Positions 20,989 through 29,905 of a DNA stretch of 34,784 bases are shown piece after piece. The notes below the pieces were generated by a model that saw only the letters and a program-made list of their open reading frames with translations, did no database searches and was not told where the DNA came from. Numbering within the stretch: position 1 is the first letter of the stretch; every line of letters begins with the position of its first letter. Position numbers and translations under genes: made by a program. This DNA comes from Rickettsiales bacterium (GTDB lineage Bacteria; Pseudomonadota; Alphaproteobacteria; Rickettsiales; UBA3002), in the NCBI GenBank assembly GCA_044239745.1, contig JBIIAV010000004.1, positions 1 to 34,784 of the forward strand. The letters are read 5' to 3'.

Positions 20989-21026
20989 AAAAAAGCCGTA
21001 GAGCCATGCACTCTACGGCTTTTTTA
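20989..21026 (+). terminator. intrinsic terminator after the pilin gene
   Basis: AAAAAAGCCGTAGAG-CCATGCA-CTCTACGGCTTTTTT. Confidence 0.9.
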
Positions 21027-21083
21027 TTGCGACCGATTCGGCTATGATCGCGGTATCTATTCACGGAATCGGTAGGCGGCCGC

Positions 21084-21431
21084 ATGAAAACCACGGACCT
21101 GACGATGCTCTACTGCCCCTTCCCCACGCCCGAAAGCGCGCGCGAGGCAGCACATGCCTTGCTGGCACAGTCAGCGGTGGCCTGCTGTAACATCCTTCCG
21201 GCGGCGGAATCCATCTATCCGTGGCAGGGGGCGATCACGACCACGACCGAAACCATCCTGCTTGCCAAGACCACCCCCGATTGCGCGGATAAAGCCCGCC
21301 ATATCGTGGCCGGCTGCCACCCCTATGAATGCCCAGCCATCCTTACGTTCCCGCTGCAATCCAACCCCGAATACGCCCTGTGGGTGGCGGGCCATGTGCG
21401 GGCGGAACCGGTCGTGAAACAGCAGGATTGA
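21084..21431 (+). CDS. cutA: divalent-cation tolerance protein CutA
   Basis: ACCNI.P..ESIYPWQG, E..LLAKT, HPYECPAI, N.EY..W. Confidence 0.93.
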   Translation: MKTTDLTMLYCPFPTPESAREAAHALLAQSAVACCNILPAAESIYPWQGAITTTTETILLAKTTPDCADKARHIVAGCHPYECPAILTFPLQSNPEYALWVAGHVRAEPVVKQQD

Positions 21432-21456
21432 CCTAGCGCTTTTGCTTCGCTATAGA
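21428..21456 (+). promoter_or_regulatory. sigma70 promoter of tRNA-Gln
   Basis: TTGACC-N17-TATAGA, ending 21 bp before the tRNA. Confidence 0.7.
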
Positions 21457-21477
21457 ACGCTCGCACTTTATATGCGT

Positions 21478-21551
21478 TGGGGCGTCGCCAAGTGGTAAGG
21501 CTGCGGTTTTTGGTACCGCCATCCCAGGTTCGAATCCTGGCGCCCCAGCCA
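21478..21551 (+). tRNA. tRNA-Gln (anticodon TTG)
   Basis: Acceptor stem TGGGGCG/CGCCCCA, anticodon stem GCGGT/ACCGC with loop TTTTGGT, T-loop GTTCGAATC, encoded CCA. Confidence 0.97.
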
Positions 21552-21731
21552 ACATTTGTAAGTATCGAACATTGGTTAGAATTGAGCGTGGCAATGCCCA
21601 TTTCCGGCGAATTTCCCTAAATCGATTCGGGGCAACCTTTCCAAATGCACATAGCCGACATGCGTTAAATGCATTTCTATGTTGTGGCCATGCCTACTAA
21701 TCATCATTAAAATATAGTTGGTGGGGTGTGT

Positions 21732-22067
21732 ATGTTGACAAAGCACGTACAAAAGCCATTTAACGCTTCTGAAGTTGTTGATGCCATGTTCGCCGGAATG
21801 CTGATGCGTGGCAATGAACAGGATAATTCGCCGCCAGATCTGGACGCGGTTCGCACGATCATTGAAATCATCGATGATGGCCTGAAGACGGCCGGACTAT
21901 CGTTTGCTGAATATCTTGAGAGGCTTCGCCTATCGCAAGACGTCACCCCTGTCCTTCCGGTGACTCAGCGCTGGCGATTCTCGGCCAGGGAGCGTGCGAA
22001 GCAACGGGTTGATGATGCCGTATCGCAGCTTTGCATGGCCGTACAACACCTTAATCGCAGCTGTTAG
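21732..22067 (+). CDS. hypothetical protein
   Basis: About 111-aa helical-looking ORF following an AT-rich spacer; no recognised motif; 3' end overlaps the convergent ORF. Confidence 0.5.
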   Translation: MLTKHVQKPFNASEVVDAMFAGMLMRGNEQDNSPPDLDAVRTIIEIIDDGLKTAGLSFAEYLERLRLSQDVTPVLPVTQRWRFSARERAKQRVDDAVSQLCMAVQHLNRSC

Positions 22068-22329
22068 GCTTCCCCGCGCCCACCATCCATAACGCCACGG
22101 GATCGGGTGTATGCCCCCACCCGCTTGCCACCACTTCGCCATACTGCGTCAGGTCGATGGTCGCGGCAGATGCGGTGTGCTGCAGCTTTAAAAGCTGCAG
22201 AGAGCTTGCCTGCATCAAGAACCAGCAGGCGCGCTGCCGATCATCGAACGTGCGCACCAAGTGGATGGCGTTGCCGTGATGCTGCTTCACCCGCTCGACA
22301 AAGTTCTTATGCAGTGCATTGCCGGTCAT
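22051..22329 (-). CDS. small hypothetical protein (IDL..YGE..ASGWG..P motif)
   Basis: 92 aa; AGGAG RBS; starts 9 bp after the stop of the ExoI-like gene. Confidence 0.75.
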   Translation of the reverse strand: MTGNALHKNFVERVKQHHGNAIHLVRTFDDRQRACWFLMQASSLQLLKLQHTASAATIDLTQYGEVVASGWGHTPDPVALWMVGAGKPNSCD

Positions 22330-22338
22330 CGCATTCTC

Positions 22339-25300
22339 CTATGCACTGCGCTGCCGCGATGATTCATGGCCGCGCGTAATCTGCGGGCCACCTGCTACAC
22401 GCGTTGGGTCTGGGAGAGCTTCGGGTGATGGAGGCTCCACCATACGCACTTTTGCGACCCTACCGGGGCGATGCCAAACCATGTGCGCCTGCTCATTCGG
22501 CGCGAGGTCAATGAAATGCAGCGTATTGTTCGCCTGCCCAACCGCACGCTCTTTATCGATGAACATCGCGGTTAGCTTGGATTTCATGTCGCTGAGATTT
22601 GTGAACCCATAATGTTCTGCATCCTGCGGTGTGAAGCATGGCTTGGCGACCAGCTTGCCCAATTGCTTCAGGTTTTTAAGACCGGCTGCCTCTACCTGCT
22701 CGTGTGAAACCCGTTGAGAGGAAACCGCATCGCGCAGCACCTCGATCGATGGAAAGCCAAGTGCCACCGCCGATTTCATCTGCTCACGTCCGGCCTTGAT
22801 CCGCTCAATCACCTCCTCAAGGTTCAGGCTGTAGGTGCGCGTAATGTGGCTTGCCACTTCCCAACCACTCTCTACCAGACCGGGCTTATGTGCATCCAGA
22901 CACATGCCCTGTAGCCGCGCGGCGCCGACTTTGGGAGTATAGCCGTAATCTTGGATCACCATGCCGGTAAGCGGCGCATCGCGATAGCCCAGTGCTGGGC
23001 TCACCGTGGCCATAAAATCCTCCCAGCGCTTTATCTTCACCGCCTGTATGGAGCTGTCGATGGCGGCCGGTACGGGCGCTAGGTCCTCAACCGCCAGCGG
23101 CACCAACTTGCTGGCTTCAGGCACGGCCATGCCGCTATCTTCATAACGGTTGGCAGCTGCTGCATAAACCTCATTAAAATAAGGCGTCGGCGCGATACGC
23201 TCCGAGGAGAGCAGTATGGGTTTTGCTGCAAGGTACGTGCGCCCCGTTTGTGCACCACGCAGGAACAAATACGTATCCGGCCCAGCTTCGTCCAGCGCAC
23301 GGCGCTGTTGCGCATCCGGATTGAGCATCACTATTTTCTGTGCAACGTGATGATGCTGCAGTGGCCGCTCCAGCATATGGTCGGGCACATTTATGGTGAT
23401 CATGTTCGCATCCCGCGGGATCTCGTAGGGGGTATGTTCAATCGGAAAGCCCGTCTCGACATGATAGCCCATCCGCTCGCGTTGCGCGGGTGTGAACGGG
23501 TTTGCGTCCATCAATCGCTGCGACAGCTGTTCACTGGCGCGCAGAATGGGCTCCGCCGTGTGATGCTCGGGCATAAAACTATCCCATTCGCCCCATTCAT
23601 CTTCCATCGCGCGCACATCGCCTTGGCGCAGATTGTTGGTGATACGGGTTGTTTCCTTCAGCGCTTTCGGTGCGGTCATCCAACGCTTCGCATCATTGTC
23701 TTCATGCGGGGCGCCGTGAATACGGTGCGCGCGGTGAGCCACGAAATAATCCTCCCATTGCCGCCATTCCTCCACCTTATCGGTACGCCCACGTTCGGCC
23801 CAATAGTGCTTCACCCAATCCAGTCGACCAGCATCACGGAACATACGCGCCACCAGCTCGGCACTCCAGTTCAATTGCTCCAGATGAAGTACGTATTCGC
23901 CCGTGCGCAAGCGATCGGCGCGGTCGCCCTGCTTCATGCGGTTAAGCTCGGTAAACGGTATGTCGTGGCCATAACGATCCTGTACCGTAAAGCGTGTCGT
24001 GTTATCATGAAATTCATGCATCAGCTCCGTACGCAGCTGCCATAAATACTCAACCGCATTCTGGGTAAGCTGCGCGCATTCCGCCGCCGACATCTCGTGA
24101 TGCACCCGCTTCGTCTTCCCAGGGCTCTCCGGGTCTTTCACTTCATCCCATTTCGGTGGCATAAACGCATGATTGGGTGGCGGTAGCACCTTGAAATCAT
24201 GCCTGCCTGCATTGCCTTTGTTCTCTTCGATTCGATCGTAGGATGGAGCAACATCCGCGCTCAGATATTTCTGTAAATGCTGATCGACCGTTTTCATCCG
24301 CTCGCAAAAAGCCAGCAATGTATCTTCCCTATTCTCTATCTCCACCGTTTGCGGCTTGAGCGCCCGGCGTAGTAGCGCATCAATCGCGCGGGTGCGGCGC
24401 AAGGCCTTTACCCACTCGGCATGCACATCCTCGGCCAGCAGCACTGTCTTTGCGTCCATTTCAAATTCGTAGCGCTTGGGCGACGCGATGCCGGTGAATA
24501 GATGCTCCTCCGCCTGCGGGTTACGGATACTGCGGTAATCCGGCATGGGCGGCACGGTCTTGCTATGCGCCTGCATCAGCTTCTGGCACAGGTCCTCATG
24601 CGCCAGCACAAAGCGCCGGTTGGCCTCATTGGTATCGGGGTTGCCGCCCTTGCCATGCCTGAATGCCAATTCCGCCGGCAGCACCCGTGGATTTTTGCGC
24701 AGATTGATCACTTCACACAAAGCGTCGGGCTTGCCTTGCTGCGCCTCCATCATGATGGCCAATTCATCGACCGACATGTCGAGCAATTTTTTTCCACGAA
24801 ATTGATACGATGCAAGCGGCTGGTCGAGATCGGTACGGATCATCACGGCCTGACGGCGCTCCTCGATCTCCTCGTTGATGTTCACGCAGACGCCCATATG
24901 CAACTGTGCGCCATGCGGGAAGATGTCGCGCGCAAAGCAGCGCAGCGGGTGCATCTCGAACCCCTCACCACCAATCAAAAATGGCTTTATCCGTTCAAAA
25001 TCCGCATTGGTTTCCATGATCCGAAGAATTTCCGGCGAGCGTTTACGCAAATACGTGTTGAGCGCGATCGTGGCATCCACATCATATTCCGCATCGGCAT
25101 GGGCATAGCCTTCGTCGTATTGAGAGCCATCGGGCATACGCACCCCCTCATCCAGCCCACGCTCGGGAATAGGCTCACGCGTGTTGGCTTTCATCAGGCT
25201 CGAAAGCGTGAAGGCCTGATAGGGTTGGTTCGTTGCCTTGCTGATCTTCGTACCGGGCTTGAACCCGTTCTCGCCGCCATCATCCAAAAGCGCCACCATC

Positions 25301-26052
25301 TTGGCCAGATCAAGCGTATCGACACGGAAACGTTGGAATTTCTTGGTATGGGTGATGAATAATTCGTCGCTCATATAGCGGTGCAGGAATGACCAGAGCA
25401 GCCGGTCGTCATAACGGCGGATATTGTGGCCTTTGGTAATGGCCGGCGCCGGAAAACGTTTCCAGCGCGTACCATCGGCATCGCGATAGGTATTGGCGCC
25501 ATCTGGCAGGCGCGCTTCATCGGCGTAGGGTATGGAAATGAACTTCCCGCCCTGATGCAACCGTATGCTGGCTTCCTTGCTTCCATCGTGGCTTTTTACC
25601 GTATAGACACGCACCTCTTTTTCCTTACCTGGTGCATCCGGCAGGAACATAGAATGATCTGCCAGCTGGTCCCACAGCGCGCGGTAAGGATTGCGGAAAA
25701 ACAGCGTGATTCGCGCTGCCGCCAGATGCGGCGGCATCCGACCCTCTTGCTGGTAGAGCTTGGTCGGGTCGCTCTGCGTTACAATGGCGGCCTGCGGTGA
25801 TACCACCACATCTTCAGGCACCTGAATATCCATTTTCAGTGTGTCGAGAATACGCCCCTGTACATCCACAATTTTGCCGCAGAACTGCGTAGGTGCAGCG
25901 AACATGGGGTTCAGGTCAGTGGCTTCGAAATCGTAATAAAGCGACAGGAATTTACCATCCTTGATCAAATGCTCCACGCTATCGAAATTGAACAAGTGCT
26001 GCAGCCAGCTATCGTTGCCCGCTTGGTATGTATCCGGTACGCGATTGCTCAT
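22339..26052 (-). CDS. giant exonuclease I (SbcB)-like DEDDh nuclease with about 700-aa C-terminal extension
   Basis: 1237 aa; ExoI YYDFE, ExoII GHNIRRYDD, ExoIII AHADAEYDVDAT, plus SbcB-like RVDTLD, FTLSSLMKAN, INLRKNP and AEEHLFTG segments. Confidence 0.85.
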   Translation of the reverse strand: MSNRVPDTYQAGNDSWLQHLFNFDSVEHLIKDGKFLSLYYDFEATDLNPMFAAPTQFCGKIVDVQGRILDTLKMDIQVPEDVVVSPQAAIVTQSDPTKLYQQEGRMPPHLAAARITLFFRNPYRALWDQLADHSMFLPDAPGKEKEVRVYTVKSHDGSKEASIRLHQGGKFISIPYADEARLPDGANTYRDADGTRWKRFPAPAITKGHNIRRYDDRLLWSFLHRYMSDELFITHTKKFQRFRVDTLDLAKMVALLDDGGENGFKPGTKISKATNQPYQAFTLSSLMKANTREPIPERGLDEGVRMPDGSQYDEGYAHADAEYDVDATIALNTYLRKRSPEILRIMETNADFERIKPFLIGGEGFEMHPLRCFARDIFPHGAQLHMGVCVNINEEIEERRQAVMIRTDLDQPLASYQFRGKKLLDMSVDELAIMMEAQQGKPDALCEVINLRKNPRVLPAELAFRHGKGGNPDTNEANRRFVLAHEDLCQKLMQAHSKTVPPMPDYRSIRNPQAEEHLFTGIASPKRYEFEMDAKTVLLAEDVHAEWVKALRRTRAIDALLRRALKPQTVEIENREDTLLAFCERMKTVDQHLQKYLSADVAPSYDRIEENKGNAGRHDFKVLPPPNHAFMPPKWDEVKDPESPGKTKRVHHEMSAAECAQLTQNAVEYLWQLRTELMHEFHDNTTRFTVQDRYGHDIPFTELNRMKQGDRADRLRTGEYVLHLEQLNWSAELVARMFRDAGRLDWVKHYWAERGRTDKVEEWRQWEDYFVAHRAHRIHGAPHEDNDAKRWMTAPKALKETTRITNNLRQGDVRAMEDEWGEWDSFMPEHHTAEPILRASEQLSQRLMDANPFTPAQRERMGYHVETGFPIEHTPYEIPRDANMITINVPDHMLERPLQHHHVAQKIVMLNPDAQQRRALDEAGPDTYLFLRGAQTGRTYLAAKPILLSSERIAPTPYFNEVYAAAANRYEDSGMAVPEASKLVPLAVEDLAPVPAAIDSSIQAVKIKRWEDFMATVSPALGYRDAPLTGMVIQDYGYTPKVGAARLQGMCLDAHKPGLVESGWEVASHITRTYSLNLEEVIERIKAGREQMKSAVALGFPSIEVLRDAVSSQRVSHEQVEAAGLKNLKQLGKLVAKPCFTPQDAEHYGFTNLSDMKSKLTAMFIDKERAVGQANNTLHFIDLAPNEQAHMVWHRPGRVAKVRMVEPPSPEALPDPTRVAGGPQITRGHESSRQRSA

Positions 26053-29000
26053 CGTCCTACTCCCGTAAAGCCCACTGTTTGTGTCGATATGCCGCGGAAC
26101 AGGCGGTTACGCTGTTCGCTACCCGGTGTTTGTGCGCCGCGATCGGGTCGCTCGGGTGGTGGCGCCATGCGGTTTTCCGGCACCGGTTCGGGGCGCTTTG
26201 CCTCGCGCGAGGAAGCGTAGCGCGCAGCAGCTTCCACATCCCGTCGGGCAAAGGCTTTTTCATACATGCCGCTTTCACGCGCATTCGCCAACAAACCATC
26301 GGAGCGGAATGAGCCCTCGCCATCGTGCGATACCAGCCGTTGCGCCTCCAGATGCCCGCCATAATATTTGCGCTGCTGACGAATGCTGCGAATACGGATG
26401 AGCGACGGCAACGAACGTCCCACCGATTCGATCTGCGTGTTAGCCGGAGAATCGCCCGCTTTCATCGCAATGCGCTCGAAGTTCGGGACTACGCGGTCGA
26501 GCTGGCGCAAGCCACCCTCCGCACAAATCTCGGCCATGCGACGGCTCGATTCCGGGTCCGACGTGTGCTGCGGCGCCGTGACATCGGCACGTACCAGACG
26601 CGCCCAAGCGCGGCAGTCCTGCTCATATCCATGGCCGCTGGCATGGATCGGCATGCCTTTTACTACCAGCGTTCCATCCGCATCGAAATCCACTTCCTTT
26701 TTCAGTTTTTTTAATTTCGCTACAACCACATCTTGGCGGGCACTATCGAGGTTGAAAATCTTGAATCCATCATGCACTGCCTGCACCACGGTAAAGCCAC
26801 GCGCTGCCAGTTTACGCACCAACTCATTCTGTTTGCCGTCGTTACCGGGAATGGCGGTTTGCGAAATCACCACCACATTGTTTTGCGGGTCGACCGGCCG
26901 CGCGGTGTGGCTGTTATCAGGATTTCCATCCATCAGGCTGCGCCCTTCGGAAAGTGCGGTCAGTGCCGCATCCACCTCCACATTGGTTCCTTGCGTTCCC
27001 GTAAGCAGCACCAGTCGCCGCCCATCGCGCCCCGGCCAGTTCATGATCGCGCGCGACGTTTTTGAGTTCCGCCCCACGCGGATCGATCCCAGCCCTACCT
27101 GCTTGCCGAAACGCTTTTCTAGTTCGTCTTCCAGTGCATCGCGTTTCTCATAACGGCCGAATTTATGCGGCATCGCGGCCAGTTCCTTAAAATGTTCTAG
27201 CCGCACCTCTTTACGTTCAATTTTCTTATCGATTTTTTTCAGTTTGTGCGGCGAGGCATCAGCGCGCTGCGATTTTAACGCCTCGATTTCCTGCAGCAAT
27301 TGTTTCTCAAAAAAATCATCGAGATAGAGCTGCACGTTGTTGCGTGGTCCCGGCGTATGGCGCAAATCATTCACCCCAAGCACGTTGAATGTGGTCACCG
27401 ATTTCTCGAGGTTGGCACCGAACTCGGTAATGTCGCGCCCAGTACGTGTGCCCACGCGCAGTGCCGTTTCGAAGCGGTTGTCATTGGTCGAAATCATCGA
27501 CAACAGCATGCCCTTATCGCTGAACAAGTCCGATAGTTCGGTCAGGTTATCTTCCACCTGCGCTTCCGTCGGGCACCAGCCTTTTTTCAGAATCGAGGTG
27601 GTATCCATATCGAAATAAGTGGGGCCACGTTCGGCAATTTTCGAATCAAGCCTAGGCAGCTCTTTCAGTAGGCGCGTGTTGCTGTTGACGAAGAAATCCT
27701 TGTTGAGGTGATCGCCACCCACCGCTGCTCCGGTGTAATCCTCTGCGTTGTGCCAGCCAAACCGCGCATCACCATGATTCATATAGGAACCAAGCCACTG
27801 CCCCTTGTAATGCCCATGCACGGTGAATGGCGTGGTGCGCGCCGAGTGTGGCGTGGCGTTGCGGGCATAATCTACGCTCAGGCGAATATTACCCTGCTTA
27901 TCTTTTACATGAAGCCATCCCTCACCCTGCAGCGCCACGAACGTAGGCAAATCATCGCGATGGATGCTGGGATAGGTGCTGATTTTATCGCGAATCGCAC
28001 GAATCACTTCTGGTGTGGCATGTACCGTTTTTCCCTTAAGATAGCCATATTGCATATAGGCAAACAACCCATCCGTATGGTCGAGATGACGGTGCGTGAT
28101 CAGAATATGGTCGCAGTATTTCAAATGCTCCACCACATCGGGTGCGGCCGATACATCGCTTTCATCCTTCGGGCTTAAATGCAGCCCGAGATCGATGATC
28201 ACGCCCACGCGACCGACCTTGCCATGGGCATCGAGTCCCTCATGGCACACCACTTTCGAGTTGCCGCCAATGACGCCACCGAATCCATCGGCAATCTCTT
28301 CCATATTATTACCACCAACCGAAAGCATGGTCAGGCGCCCGCCTTCCTTCAGCGGTGGCGGTGGCTCAAACTCGTCCACCAGATGGTTAAGGTCATATTC
28401 CACCAGATGGTCCATCGTTGCGGGGTATTCACGCGCGCGTAGGTCGTGCAGGATACGGTTCGTAACGCCCAGCGCACGCATGCAGGTGAGATGATCGTCG
28501 TCGGTAATATCTTCGCCCAAAAGATCAAGTTCACGCAGGCTTGCACGATGCTGCTCATCACCCTTCCATGCGATATTGGTAAGGCGAGGAATGCCCCGTG
28601 CGGCCATATCGCCAAATACCGAGGTAGGGTTAATAGCTGTGGAAACCGCAGGGTGCTTGCCACCTTTGAGTTCAACTTCCGTAGTATAAACAGAACCGTT
28701 ACGCCCATTGGTGGCTTGACGCGGCTCGGAGCGGAGTTTTTTGTCCTCGTCAAGGTTGTTAACGTCATAGCCCGTCAGCGCACGCGCTATCATGGCCGGC
28801 ACCACCAAGGCACCCTTGTGCATGTTGGCCACGGAGCCGCGCGTGGCATCGAAATCGAACCCGCCTTTGGCTGCCTGACCCGTAATCACCAGCCGCTCAC
28901 CCACCGCATCATGCACGGCGTATTCTTCCAGCACTTGCGCCACATTGGGCAGCTTGCCGTTACGCAAATCGCGGTTCACCCGCCCCACCGCGCCCATCAC

Positions 29001-29426
29001 CCGAGTGAGGTTACGCATCAGGCCTTGCGACGTGCCATGCCCATGGTCGATATCCCCGCCATCGGCTTTATCATACACCTTGCGGCCAAGCACCCATACG
29101 GCACGCGGCTCCATCCACGCAACTGCTTGCGCGCCACCGGTGGGATTCATGGTGGTGGATGCTACCGGTTCCAATTCAATGTCGAACAGCTTCTCGTAAA
29201 GCTGATCCCCGTTGGGCAGCATGCGCCAGTAATAGGTTTTAATGGAGCGCACTGCGTCCTTGCCATCCAGCACGGCTTCGGTGGTTACTGCCACTGCGCC
29301 GCCGGTACGGGGATCGACGCCTGCTTCAGCTAACTCGGCGCGCAGTATTTTTCCGTTATTGCTGCGTTTGTGATCAAGCCCAACAAGATTCAAGAATCCC
29401 CGGCGCGGCCAGCCATACTCGCTCAT
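26049..29426 (-). CDS. giant RNase J-like MBL/beta-CASP nuclease with N-terminal repeated domain
   Basis: VGG...IGGN, IIDLG, THRHLDH, PHS, HGD.RF, DTT, TGTQG, AIPGN, IHASGH, PQH; start placed at 29426 (ATGA overlap; 1125 aa) rather than 29498. Confidence 0.88.
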   Translation of the reverse strand: MSEYGWPRRGFLNLVGLDHKRSNNGKILRAELAEAGVDPRTGGAVAVTTEAVLDGKDAVRSIKTYYWRMLPNGDQLYEKLFDIELEPVASTTMNPTGGAQAVAWMEPRAVWVLGRKVYDKADGGDIDHGHGTSQGLMRNLTRVMGAVGRVNRDLRNGKLPNVAQVLEEYAVHDAVGERLVITGQAAKGGFDFDATRGSVANMHKGALVVPAMIARALTGYDVNNLDEDKKLRSEPRQATNGRNGSVYTTEVELKGGKHPAVSTAINPTSVFGDMAARGIPRLTNIAWKGDEQHRASLRELDLLGEDITDDDHLTCMRALGVTNRILHDLRAREYPATMDHLVEYDLNHLVDEFEPPPPLKEGGRLTMLSVGGNNMEEIADGFGGVIGGNSKVVCHEGLDAHGKVGRVGVIIDLGLHLSPKDESDVSAAPDVVEHLKYCDHILITHRHLDHTDGLFAYMQYGYLKGKTVHATPEVIRAIRDKISTYPSIHRDDLPTFVALQGEGWLHVKDKQGNIRLSVDYARNATPHSARTTPFTVHGHYKGQWLGSYMNHGDARFGWHNAEDYTGAAVGGDHLNKDFFVNSNTRLLKELPRLDSKIAERGPTYFDMDTTSILKKGWCPTEAQVEDNLTELSDLFSDKGMLLSMISTNDNRFETALRVGTRTGRDITEFGANLEKSVTTFNVLGVNDLRHTPGPRNNVQLYLDDFFEKQLLQEIEALKSQRADASPHKLKKIDKKIERKEVRLEHFKELAAMPHKFGRYEKRDALEDELEKRFGKQVGLGSIRVGRNSKTSRAIMNWPGRDGRRLVLLTGTQGTNVEVDAALTALSEGRSLMDGNPDNSHTARPVDPQNNVVVISQTAIPGNDGKQNELVRKLAARGFTVVQAVHDGFKIFNLDSARQDVVVAKLKKLKKEVDFDADGTLVVKGMPIHASGHGYEQDCRAWARLVRADVTAPQHTSDPESSRRMAEICAEGGLRQLDRVVPNFERIAMKAGDSPANTQIESVGRSLPSLIRIRSIRQQRKYYGGHLEAQRLVSHDGEGSFRSDGLLANARESGMYEKAFARRDVEAAARYASSREAKRPEPVPENRMAPPPERPDRGAQTPGSEQRNRLFRGISTQTVGFTGVGR

Positions 29427-29905
29427 GCGGCACCCCACTTGATCAGGGGCTTCGCCCATAGAATATTCCCGCTGCGCGACAGCAGGGGCGTAAGCCATGC
29501 ATCCTGAGGCGCCTTACGCTCGCGCACCTGCGCCACGATCAGCGCCAATGCGGACAGATGCTGGGCAAAGTCTACCGGCTCCAATCCAGCGTCGCTGTGA
29601 AATGCCAATAATCTGGCGACCCCTTGCGCATCTGCAGGGCTGAAATCCGCACGCAATACCGGAAAGATATGCGGTGGAAATCCTGGCCCTTGCCGGTGCA
29701 GCTCCATCACTAATTGCGAACTGCCATCCATTTTTGCTTCCCATGCAATCGCATAGACGCGGTAATCACCAGTCATTGGGTCGACGTCCGCCCACTCCAC
29801 GCGCTCATCCAAGGCAAGCCCTAGTGTAAGCGCCAATGATGATAGCGCAACACACCCCTGCTCCCACTGTTGTACGATATCCAACTGCGGAGCGTGGTTG
29901 CTCAT
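29423..29905 (-). CDS. hypothetical protein, similar to the N-terminal repeats of the downstream RNase J-like protein
   Basis: 160 aa with ATGA overlaps at both ends; VDPMTG...EAKMDG matches VDPRTG...EAVLDG. Confidence 0.8.
   Translation of the reverse strand: MSNHAPQLDIVQQWEQGCVALSSLALTLGLALDERVEWADVDPMTGDYRVYAIAWEAKMDGSSQLVMELHRQGPGFPPHIFPVLRADFSPADAQGVARLLAFHSDAGLEPVDFAQHLSALALIVAQVRERKAPQDAWLTPLLSRSGNILWAKPLIKWGAA

Noticed and set aside
23248-29333. Long plus-strand ORFs (265, 286, 256 and 295 aa) within the island
   Set aside because: They are antisense shadows of the motif-bearing minus-strand nuclease genes and have no recognisable domains.
29427-29498. Upstream start for the RNase J-like ORF
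   Set aside because: It would overlap the 160-aa gene by 76 bp; the ATGA-coupled start at 29426 matches the pattern of the other junctions.
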